DNA of 32,000 nt from Pseudomonas aeruginosa (GTDB taxonomy: Bacteria; Pseudomonadota; Gammaproteobacteria; Pseudomonadales; Pseudomonadaceae): contig NZ_LN831024.1 in assembly GCF_001457615.1 (NCBI RefSeq), positions 2,160,001 through 2,192,000 of the forward strand, written 5' to 3'. The notes under the pieces were generated by a model. The model saw only the letters and a program-made list of their open reading frames with translations, did no database searches and was not told the origin of the DNA. Position 1 is the stretch's first letter. Every line of letters begins with the position of its first letter. Below, in pieces: positions 1 to 10,047 of this stretch. The translations under genes were made by a program, and so were the position numbers.

Positions 1-108
1 CTGGTGGCCCACGAAGCCAAGCCGCGCAAGATCGACGTGGCCCTGTCGAACTCGTTCGGTTTCGGCGGGACCAACGGCACCCTGGTGTTCCGCAGGTTCG
101 CCGACTGA
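1..108 (+). CDS. fabF: 3-oxoacyl-ACP synthase II, C-terminal end (partial)
   Basis: Open from window start: LVAHEAKPRKIDVALSNSFGFGGTNGTLVFRRFAD*, the typical KAS II C-terminus; TGA at 106-108 overlaps the pabC start at 108. Confidence 0.85.
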   Translation: MVAHEAKPRKIDVALSNSFGFGGTNGTLVFRRFAD

Positions 109-923
109 TGCTGGACTGGGTCGACGGCCGGCCCGCCGCCGAGCTGTCCGTGCGCGATCGCGGACTGGCCTATGGCGACGGGCTGTTCGAGACCCTGGCG
201 GTGCGCGCCGGCACGCCGCGTCTCCTGGAGCGCCACCTGGCGCGCCTGGAAGAGGGGTGTCGGCGCCTGGCGATCCCTCTCGACGCCGCGGCGTTGCGCC
301 AGGAGTTGCTGGCGTTCTGCGCGGCGCTGGGCGACGGTGTCGCCAAGCTGATCGTCACCCGCGGCGAGGGTTTGCGTGGCTACGCGCCGCCTGCCGAGGC
401 CTCGCCGCGGCGAATCCTCTCCGGATCGCCGCGTCCGGCCTATCCCGAGCGCCACTGGCAGCAAGGTGTGCGCCTGTTCGCCTGCCGCACGCGCCTGGCC
501 GAGCAGCCCCTGCTGGCCGGCCTCAAGCACCTCAATCGCCTGGAGCAGGTCCTCGCCCGTGCCGAGTGGAGCGACGCCGGGCATGCCGAAGGGCTCATGC
601 TGGACGTGCACGAGCGGGTAGTGGAGGGCGTGTTCAGCAACCTGCTGCTGGTTCTCGACGGCACCCTCGTGGCGCCTGACCTGCGGCGCTGCGGCGTCGC
701 GGGAGTGATGCGCGCGGAATTGCTCGAGCGCGCCGAAGGAATCGGCGTCCCGCTGGCGATACGGGATGTTTCCATGGCTGAACTGGCGACGGCCGACGAG
801 GTCTTTCTGTGCAACAGCCAGTTCGGCATCTGGCCGGTCCGGGCATTGGACGAGCACGTCTGGCCGGTCGGCGAGCTGACCCGTAAACTGCAAGACCAAC
901 TTCGCGACGACCTGGATTTCTGA
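108..923 (+). CDS. pabC: Aminodeoxychorismate lyase (PLP fold type IV)
   Basis: 271 aa ORF MLDWVDGRPAAELSVRDRGLAYGDGLFETL...; conserved fold IV aminotransferase motifs; sits between fabF and mltG. Confidence 0.92.
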   Translation: MLDWVDGRPAAELSVRDRGLAYGDGLFETLAVRAGTPRLLERHLARLEEGCRRLAIPLDAAALRQELLAFCAALGDGVAKLIVTRGEGLRGYAPPAEASPRRILSGSPRPAYPERHWQQGVRLFACRTRLAEQPLLAGLKHLNRLEQVLARAEWSDAGHAEGLMLDVHERVVEGVFSNLLLVLDGTLVAPDLRRCGVAGVMRAELLERAEGIGVPLAIRDVSMAELATADEVFLCNSQFGIWPVRALDEHVWPVGELTRKLQDQLRDDLDF

Positions 924-928
924 CTTTG

Positions 929-3618
<2,690 letters not shown>

Positions 3619-3651
3619 AATCCCGCTGATATTCGACTGGCAGGAACCTGC

Positions 3652-4008
3652 ATGAGTTTGCCACCCAATCTGGGGCCGCGTAACGGCATCCTGTCCTTGA
3701 CCATCAAGGACAAGTCCGTGCTGTACGCCGCCTACATGCCGTTCATCAGGAACGGCGGGCTGTTCATTCCCACCAACAAGAACTACAAGCTCGGCGACGA
3801 AGTCTTCATGCTGCTCAACCTGATGGAAGAGCCGGAGAAGATCCCGGTGGCCGGCAAGGTCGTCTGGATCACCCCGAAGGGCGCCCAGGGCAACCGTGCG
3901 GCGGGCATCGGCGTGCAGTTCAACGACGGTGACAACACCGCCCGCAACAAGATCGAAACCTACCTGGCCGGGGCGCTGAAGTCGGACCGGCCGACCCACA
4001 CGATGTAA
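3652..4008 (+). CDS. pilZ: PilZ-domain type IV pilus assembly protein PilZ
   Basis: 118 aa MSLPPNLGPRNGILSLTIKDKSVLYAAYMPFIRNGGLFIPTNKNYKLGDEVFMLLNLMEEPEK; recognised P. aeruginosa PilZ; follows holB. Confidence 0.95.
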   Translation: MSLPPNLGPRNGILSLTIKDKSVLYAAYMPFIRNGGLFIPTNKNYKLGDEVFMLLNLMEEPEKIPVAGKVVWITPKGAQGNRAAGIGVQFNDGDNTARNKIETYLAGALKSDRPTHTM

Positions 4009-4022
4009 CGCTAGACAGGATC

Positions 4023-4799
4023 ATGCTGGTCGATTCCCACTGCCACCTCGATCGCCTCGACCTGGCCGCCCATGGCGGCTCGCTCGATGCGGCGCTGGAT
4101 GCCGCGCGAGCGCGTGGCGTCGGTCAATTCCTCTGCATCGGCGTCAGCGCCGACAATGCCCAGGCGGTGAAGGCCCTGGCCGAGCGCTATGCCGACGTGC
4201 ACTGTTCGGTGGGCGTGCACCCGCTGGACCTGGAGCCCGGAAGCGCGCCAGCGCTGGACTGGCTGCTGGGCGAACTGGCGCATCCGCGGGTGGTGGCGAT
4301 CGGCGAGACCGGCCTCGACTACCACTACGAACCGGAAGCCGCCGAGTTGCAACAGGAGGCGTTTCGCCTGCACCTGGAAGCCGCGCGGATCACCGCCAAG
4401 CCAGTGATCGTGCACACCCGCGAGGCGCGCGCCGACACGCTGGCGCTGCTGCGCGAGGCTGCGTTGCCGCAGGCCGGCGTGCTGCATTGCTTCACCGAGG
4501 ACTGGGAAATGGCGCGATCGGCGCTGGACCTGGGCTTCTACATTTCCCTGTCCGGCATCGTCACCTTCCGCAATGCCGATGCCCTGCGCGAGGTGGCTCG
4601 CCAGGTACCGGCCGACCGGCTGTTGGTGGAGACCGACTCGCCCTACCTGGCGCCGATTCCCCATCGCGGCAAGCCGAACCTGCCGGAATACGTGCGCGAT
4701 GTCGCCGAATTCCTCGCGACGTTGCGTGGCGTCGGCCTGGAAACCCTGGCGGAGCAGACTACCGCCAATTTCCATCGGCTGTTTCCGTTGGCCCGCTAG
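4023..4799 (+). CDS. TatD-family metal-dependent DNase/hydrolase
   Basis: MLVDSHCHLDRLDL...IGVSADNAQAV...IGETGLDYHY...ETDSPYLAPIPHRGKPNLP, the classic TatD motifs. Confidence 0.93.
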   Translation: MLVDSHCHLDRLDLAAHGGSLDAALDAARARGVGQFLCIGVSADNAQAVKALAERYADVHCSVGVHPLDLEPGSAPALDWLLGELAHPRVVAIGETGLDYHYEPEAAELQQEAFRLHLEAARITAKPVIVHTREARADTLALLREAALPQAGVLHCFTEDWEMARSALDLGFYISLSGIVTFRNADALREVARQVPADRLLVETDSPYLAPIPHRGKPNLPEYVRDVAEFLATLRGVGLETLAEQTTANFHRLFPLAR

Positions 4800-4813
4800 G
4801 CCGGCGCACGGAT

Positions 4814-4850
4814 AAAAAAAACCCGGGTTCTGGGGGATGAATCCGGGTCA
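4814..4850 (-). terminator. Rho-independent terminator of the minus-strand sRNA
   Basis: Reverse complement GACCCGGATTCATCCCCCAGAACCCGGGTTTTTTTT: GC-rich stem plus an 8-T run. Confidence 0.85.
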
Positions 4851-4934
4851 AGACCATTAGGAGTGGAACAAAGGTACGCATTCCTCGGTACCTTCACTGG
4901 CTGGGTACTTGGGGGGAGATACCGCGCGCCAGTA
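4814..4934 (-). ncRNA. rgsA: RgsA-like (P16) small RNA
   Basis: Intergenic between tatD-like and the minus-strand class V aminotransferase. On the minus strand there is a -10-like AATACT (plus 4941-4946) and, about 120 nt downstream, a rho-independent terminator ACCCGGATTC..GAACCCGGGT followed by TTTTTTTT (plus 4814-4850). This genomic slot holds rgsA in P. aeruginosa. Boundaries are inferred. Confidence 0.72.
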
Positions 4935-5024
4935 CCTTTCAGTATTGGTCATGTTCGTGGGGCGTCCAGACAGGGCTGGCGGTTTTTTAAACAGATTTGG
5001 AATACCCTTGCCGTCCTTGAGTAC

Positions 5025-6158
5025 CTAGGTGCCTGCGACCTGGCGCAAGATCGCCAGGGTATCGTCGATCACCGTCGAACTCGTGTAGAAGTGCGGGGAA
5101 AAACGGATACCTCCGCCACGCTGGGCGCAAATGACCCGTTCCTGGCGAAGCGTTTCGAAGAGTGTCCGATTGTCCTGGCCGTCCAGGCTGAAGGTCAGGA
5201 TGCCCGCGCGTCGGCTCGGGTTCCGCGGGCTGTGCAGGCGTACCCCGGGAATTCCCGACAGACCGTCCTGTAGCCACTGGACGCGCTCGGCGATGTCTCT
5301 GCCGACCCGCTCCATGCCGACCTCCTCCAACAGCCCCAGGCTGGCCTCCAGGGCCATCGCGCCGAGCATGTTCGGGCTGCCGCATTCGAAGCGCCGGGCG
5401 CTGCGCGCCGGCCGCCAGTCGCGACGCTCGTAATCGAGGGCATGTTCCAGCATGTGCCAGCCATATTCGTGCAGCGCCAGGCGCTCGCGCTGCTCGGGAT
5501 GGCAATAGAAGACGCCCAGCCCTTCGGGGCCGAGCATCCACTTGTGCCCATCGGCCATGGCGAAGGCACAATCGTAGGCCTGTACGTCGAAGGGCAGGGC
5601 GCCGAGCTGCTGGATCGCGTCGATGCAGAACAGCACCCCGCGGCGGCGACATCCCGCGCCGATGCGCTCCAGGTCAAGGCGCAGGCCGCTGGCGTACTGC
5701 ACCGCGCTGATCGACAGCAGGCGGGTGCGCGGGCCGCAGGCGGCGAGCAGGGCGCTCTCGGGATCGTCGCCGGCGAGACCGACCTCGACCACTTCGACGC
5801 CGCGCGGGCGCAAGGCTTCCCAGACCACTCTATTGGAGGGGAACTCCTCGTTGCCGATGACGACCTGGTCGCCCTCTCGCCAATCCAGGCCGAAGGCTAC
5901 GAAGGAAAGCGCCTCGGAGGTGTTCTTGACCAGGGCGAGGTCGCTGCCGGCGCGCGCATTGAGCAGTCGGGCAAGGCGCTCGCGCAGGCGATGTTCTATC
6001 TTCAGCCATTCCGGATAGTCGCTGGCGCCGTGGGCGACGTTCTCCCGGGCGAAGGCGCTCACCGCGTCGGCGGCGCGTCTAGGCCAGGGTGCGACCGCTG
6101 CGTGGTTGAGGTAGCGCAGACCGTTGGTCTGGTCGAATTCGTCCTGGTAACAATTCAT
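5025..6158 (-). CDS. Aminotransferase class V-fold PLP-dependent enzyme (cysteine desulfurase/selenocysteine lyase-like)
   Basis: ORF 5025..6389; likely start MNCYQDEFDQTNGLRYLNHAAVAPWP at 6158; PLP lysine region FAMADGHKWMLGPEGLGVFYC. Confidence 0.85.
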   Translation of the reverse strand: MNCYQDEFDQTNGLRYLNHAAVAPWPRRAADAVSAFARENVAHGASDYPEWLKIEHRLRERLARLLNARAGSDLALVKNTSEALSFVAFGLDWREGDQVVIGNEEFPSNRVVWEALRPRGVEVVEVGLAGDDPESALLAACGPRTRLLSISAVQYASGLRLDLERIGAGCRRRGVLFCIDAIQQLGALPFDVQAYDCAFAMADGHKWMLGPEGLGVFYCHPEQRERLALHEYGWHMLEHALDYERRDWRPARSARRFECGSPNMLGAMALEASLGLLEEVGMERVGRDIAERVQWLQDGLSGIPGVRLHSPRNPSRRAGILTFSLDGQDNRTLFETLRQERVICAQRGGGIRFSPHFYTSSTVIDDTLAILRQVAGT

Positions 6159-6243
6159 CGTCGGATGTTCCGTGCATTTTCGTGCTGAATAGGCATAATA
6201 CGCGGCTTCGATTTTTGACTCATTTTGACCTGACAGTCTTTTT

Positions 6244-6882
6244 ATGCAGAAAGAGCCTCGCAAAGTTCGTGAATTTCGTCGCCGTGAACAGGAGATTCTC
6301 GATACCGCCCTCAAGCTGTTCCTCGAACAGGGGGAAGACAGCGTAACGGTCGAGATGATCGCGGATGCCGTCGGCATCGGCAAAGGCACGATCTACAAGC
6401 ACTTCAAGTCCAAGGCGGAGATCTACCTGCGCCTGATGCTGGACTACGAGCGCGATCTCGCCGCCCTGTTCCATTCCGAAGACGTAGCCCGCGACAAGGA
6501 AGCCCTGTCGCGCGCCTACTTCGAGTTCCGCATGCGCGATCCGCAGCGCTACCGCCTGTTCGACCGCCTGGAAGAGAAGGTGGTGAAGACCAGCCAGGTG
6601 CCGGAGATGGTCGAGGAGCTGCACAAGATCCGCGCCTCCAACTTCGAACGCCTGACCCAGCTGATCAAGGAGCGTATCGCCGACGGCAAGCTGGAGAACG
6701 TTCCGCCGTACTTCCATTATTGCGCTGCCTGGGCGTTGGTGCATGGCGCCGTGGCGCTGTACCACTCGCCGTTCTGGCGCGAGGTGCTGGAAGACCAGGA
6801 AGGTTTCTTCCACTTCCTGATGGATATCGGCGTGCGCATGGGCAACAAGCGCAAGCGCGAAGGCGACGCTCCCAGCGCCTGA
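6244..6882 (+). CDS. TetR-family transcriptional regulator
   Basis: N-terminal HTH: REQEILDTALKLFLEQGEDSVTVEMIADAVGIGKGTIYKHFKSKAEIYLRLM. Confidence 0.92.
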   Translation: MQKEPRKVREFRRREQEILDTALKLFLEQGEDSVTVEMIADAVGIGKGTIYKHFKSKAEIYLRLMLDYERDLAALFHSEDVARDKEALSRAYFEFRMRDPQRYRLFDRLEEKVVKTSQVPEMVEELHKIRASNFERLTQLIKERIADGKLENVPPYFHYCAAWALVHGAVALYHSPFWREVLEDQEGFFHFLMDIGVRMGNKRKREGDAPSA

Positions 6883-7031
6883 TGCCTGTGGTGCCGGGAC
6901 GCAGTCACTGCGCCCCGCGCACTCTTTGCCGGCAGGGATATACTCGTCGCCCATCGATCCGCCGGCGGGACGTCGGCTGCCCATTTCCGGCGAATCCGCC
7001 GGCGGCTCCACGTTCGTTCAGGAGTTCTCCG

Positions 7032-7157
7032 ATGAGTGTCCGTGAATTCCCTATCCACTACATCGAACCGGTGTTCCGGCCCCCGAGCGAGGCGCATTCG
7101 CTGATCCTCCCGGTGACCAATGGCTGTTCCTGGAACAAATGCGGCTTTTGCGATTAG
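7032..7157 (+). pseudogene. Radical SAM protein, 5' fragment, interrupted at the CX3CX2C motif by the island
   Basis: MSVREFPIHYIEPVFRPPSEAHSLILPVTNGCSWNKCGFCD*; reading frame ends in a TAG at 7155-7157 inside the inserted DNA; the continuation EMYTQPQKKFRARDENEV lies at 18329 onward. Confidence 0.93.
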
Positions 7158-7163
7158 TTATCC
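7155..7163 (+). repeat. Left terminal inverted repeat TAGTTATCC of the island
   Basis: Exact inverted match to 18315-18323 (GGATAACTA) at the opposite boundary. Confidence 0.6.
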
Positions 7164-7869
7164 CTAAGTGAGTCCCTAGAAATCATCGAAAAACTCTAGT
7201 TCCCTGCGGTTTGGAGGTTAATTCTCGACTCCATGGCCTGTTGGTCTGCTCTCCCCCCTGCAGGAGTTACCCCAGAGAAGTACACGTTTTCCCAAACCGC
7301 ATAAGCACAAAGTCATAGCGTAGGAATCATGTCGCTCAGGTCGCATCAGGGCCGGCCAGGAGCGACAGGCCTCATGGGCAGTTTCGCCTGACAGTGGTGA
7401 CGACAGCGGTTGTCCTCTCGCTGACCATCTGATCCGGCTTGCGCATAATTAGTGCAGCCTACGTAAATGCGAATTGCTTTGTGCTGACCTGGGCAGAAAT
7501 CTTGGGTCGCCGCTCTGCTGGGTGGTAGTAACTGCATTGAGTTGAGTTGCGGCGCCAGGGGCGTCCTCATCATTCTGGTTGAGTCACTAACCAGAGTTCA
7601 CGTTATGCTCACTCCACTCAACCTCTTCGATGTCATTAAATACACCGACTCATCACACTTCGCCGTTCAGAGGGCGTGGTGTTTTCATGGCTTTCGAGAG
7701 GGTGCTCTACAAAAGCTATCGTCCCCCGTTCAAGGTTTGGGGGAGTGATCCATGCCAACAGTCCTTGAGTCGTCCCACCAAGAGTTCAGATCCTTCGTGG
7801 TCGATGCGACTGGCATACAGCATGTCCTGCCGGTCATCGTTGACCTGCCCCCAGTTTTAGTACCGCTGC

Positions 7870-8711
7870 CTAGTTAGTAGGCCCTGGGGTTGATATTAAT
7901 TTTTCCTGCTTCAGTTGCTGCTGGCGAGTTCGCCAACTTGCAGCAAATTCTGCCGGGGTGAGATTGCCAATCGCGCTGTGCGGTCGGTGTTCGTTGTAAT
8001 CCCGCCGCCAGGCCGCAATGCGGATTCTCGCTTCGGCCAGCGAACAGAACCAGTGCTCATTGAGGCATTCGTCCCGGAACTTACCGTTGAACGACTCGAT
8101 GAAGGCATTCTGCGTGGGCTTACCAGGCTGAGCTTGATGTCGCGCTGATAGGCCCATTGATCGAGTGCCTTGCCGGTGAACTCGGGCCCCTGGTCGGTGC
8201 GGATCGCTTTCGGGTAGCCGCGAAACCGCGCCATCTCGTCCAGCGCCCGTGTGACACGAAAGCCGCTGATACCGTGCTCCACCAGGATGCCGACCGACTC
8301 CTTGGTGAAGTCATCGACCACCGTCAGGCATTTGATCCGCCGCCCGGTGCTCAGTGCATCGAAGACGAAGTCCATCGACCAGACCTGGTTTGGTGCGCTC
8401 GGCAAACTCAGACGTTCGCGCTCCACCGCGACGCCATGGCGGCGGCGCCGCCGTTTCACCATCAAGCCGGCAGCGCGGTACAGGCGATAGATCCGCTTGT
8501 GGTTGACCTGCACGCCAGCACGCCGCAGCAGGATGTGCAGGCGGCGATAGCCAAAGCGCCGGCGCTCTTGGGCCAGTTCCACCAGTTGGGCTTGCAGCTC
8601 GGTGTTTTGCACACTGGCTCGCGGCTGGTAGCGCAACACCGAGCGGGACAGCCCGATCAACTGACAGGCACGACGCTCGGAGATGCCGGTTCGCGCCTGC
8701 ATCTCCTGCAC
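7870..8711 (-). pseudogene. IS3-family transposase OrfB (DDE integrase), frameshifted
   Basis: N-terminal part in ORF 7911..8711 (GISERRACQLIGLSRSVLRYQP...RTDQGPEFTGKALDQWAYQRDIKLSLV) and C-terminal part in another frame in ORF 7870..8157 (GKPTQNAFIESFNGKFRDECLNEHWFCSL...NEHRPHSAIGNLTPAEF). Confidence 0.9.
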
Positions 8712-8734
8712 CGCCTCCCGCCGTGCTGTCGGGC

Positions 8735-8998
8735 TTACCCTTTTCCCCGGGCGACCACTTTCAGCGACTCGATGTCGAGGTGGGCCTCGGCGAGCAACTT
8801 CTTCAATCGGCTGTTTTCCAGTTCAAGATCCTTCAACCGTTTGGCGTCCGCCACGGTCATACCGCCAAACTTGGCCCGCCAGGTGTAGAACGAGGCATCA
8901 CTGAAGCCGTGTCGGCGACACAGTTCCTTCACCGGCACACCGGCCTCCGCCTGCTTGAGGAAGTCGAGAATCTGCTCTTCGGTAAAACGCTTTTTCAC
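8735..8998 (-). CDS. IS3-family transposase OrfA (HTH)
   Basis: MKKRFTEEQILDFLKQAEAGVPVKELCRRHGFSDASFYTWRAKFGGMTVADAKRLKDLELENSRLKKLLAEAHLDIESLKVVARGKG. Confidence 0.95.
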   Translation of the reverse strand: MKKRFTEEQILDFLKQAEAGVPVKELCRRHGFSDASFYTWRAKFGGMTVADAKRLKDLELENSRLKKLLAEAHLDIESLKVVARGKG

Positions 8999-9070
8999 TG
9001 CCGTCTCCTGCTCGGAAAACGGACTCTACTAAGTTTGACGTGGTACTGAAATCGGGGGGGCAGGTCATTC

Positions 9071-9631
9071 GTGCGCAACGTCTTCGCAGAGTTGGGGTCG
9101 CGTGCAGCGGTCGATAAAGCGCTCTCCAGGCTAGTGCAGTTAGGTTGCCTGGAGCGTGTAGCCCGCGGTGTCTATATGCGCCCCAAGCTAAGCGAGTACA
9201 CCAGCCAGCTGGTAAAGCCTAGTCCGCTAGCAATCATGAATGTCCTTTCCAAGGCGAATGGAGAGACGATTCAGATACATGGAGCTGAGGCCGTGCGCAG
9301 GTTGGGGCTCAGCACTCAGATGCAGGTGGTGCCGGTCTACTACACCAGCGGCAGAACCCGAGAAATCAAGGCTGGCAATGCTGTGGTTCGTCTCAATCAT
9401 GTTTCCAGTGATCGCTTGCAGCATGCCGGGAACAAGGTAGGCCTGGCGCTCACGGCGCTTTACTACCTCGGTAAAGATGGGGCGTGTCCCCACGCGCTTT
9501 CCAAAATAGCCGATACCCTGAGCCCGGACGAATTGACCACGCTGCTTGCCTGCAGAATGCCCAAATGGATGCGGGCGGCATTGGCTCCTTTCGCTGAAGA
9601 AGCATCACTGGCGGTGTCTTCGGGGCGCTAG
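9071..9631 (+). pseudogene. DUF6088/AbiEi-like type IV antitoxin-family protein, N-terminus probably lost to the IS
   Basis: ...FAELGSRAAVDKALSRLVQLGCLERVARGVYMRP(K)...IHGAEAVRRLGLSTQMQVVPVYYTSGRTREIKAGNAVVRLNHVS; the winged-helix start is missing and the ORF begins 4 bp after the IS end. Confidence 0.72.
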
Positions 9632-9787
9632 CCAAAGCTTCCAGCACACCAGACCGAATGGATCGCAATGTTGGGTTGTGACCATTTGACTCAAGCCGGG
9701 TGCAACTTCATCGAAGCTATGTATTTGTGCTGTTAAGTTAAATGCAAAGGCAGTACATTTACGTGACTTTTTTGACGAGGCCCTGCC

Positions 9788-9976
9788 ATGTCACGCCTTA
9801 AGGACGAAACCCTTTCGATCCGCACCTCCGCTGAGATCAAGCAGCTTTTGCGTATGGCGGCTGATCGCGAACGCCGCTCGGTGGCATCGATGGTCGAGAT
9901 TTTGGTGCTGGAGTACGCGCGCAATCATGACTTGAGTCTGAACCACCCAGGCGGGGAGCCCAAGACGAATGCTTGA
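9788..9976 (+). CDS. Small ribbon-helix-helix-like (CopG/Arc-type) protein
   Basis: 62 aa MSRLKDETLSIRTSAEIKQLLRMAADRERRSVASMVEILVLEYARNHDLSLNHPGGEPKTNA; one beta strand plus two helices pattern, directly upstream of hsdR. Confidence 0.65.
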   Translation: MSRLKDETLSIRTSAEIKQLLRMAADRERRSVASMVEILVLEYARNHDLSLNHPGGEPKTNA

Positions 9977-10047
9977 TGTGGCTCTGATTCGCCACAGGTA
10001 GCCGCCTATCCGCCACATCGAAGCCTCTATGACGGCAGGACTGATTC

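Larger units (their letters stand above)
7841..9067 (-). mobile_element. IS3-family insertion sequence, IS407-like group, ~1227 bp, transposase genes on minus strand
   Basis: Ends share inverted TGACCTGCCCCC (7841-7852 and the reverse complement ending at 9067); OrfA/OrfB content typical of the group. Confidence 0.85.

Noticed and set aside
7346-7573. 75 aa minus-strand ORF in the left end of the island
   Set aside because: No recognisable domain or coding signal; it spans a region rich in repeats and is more likely noncoding.
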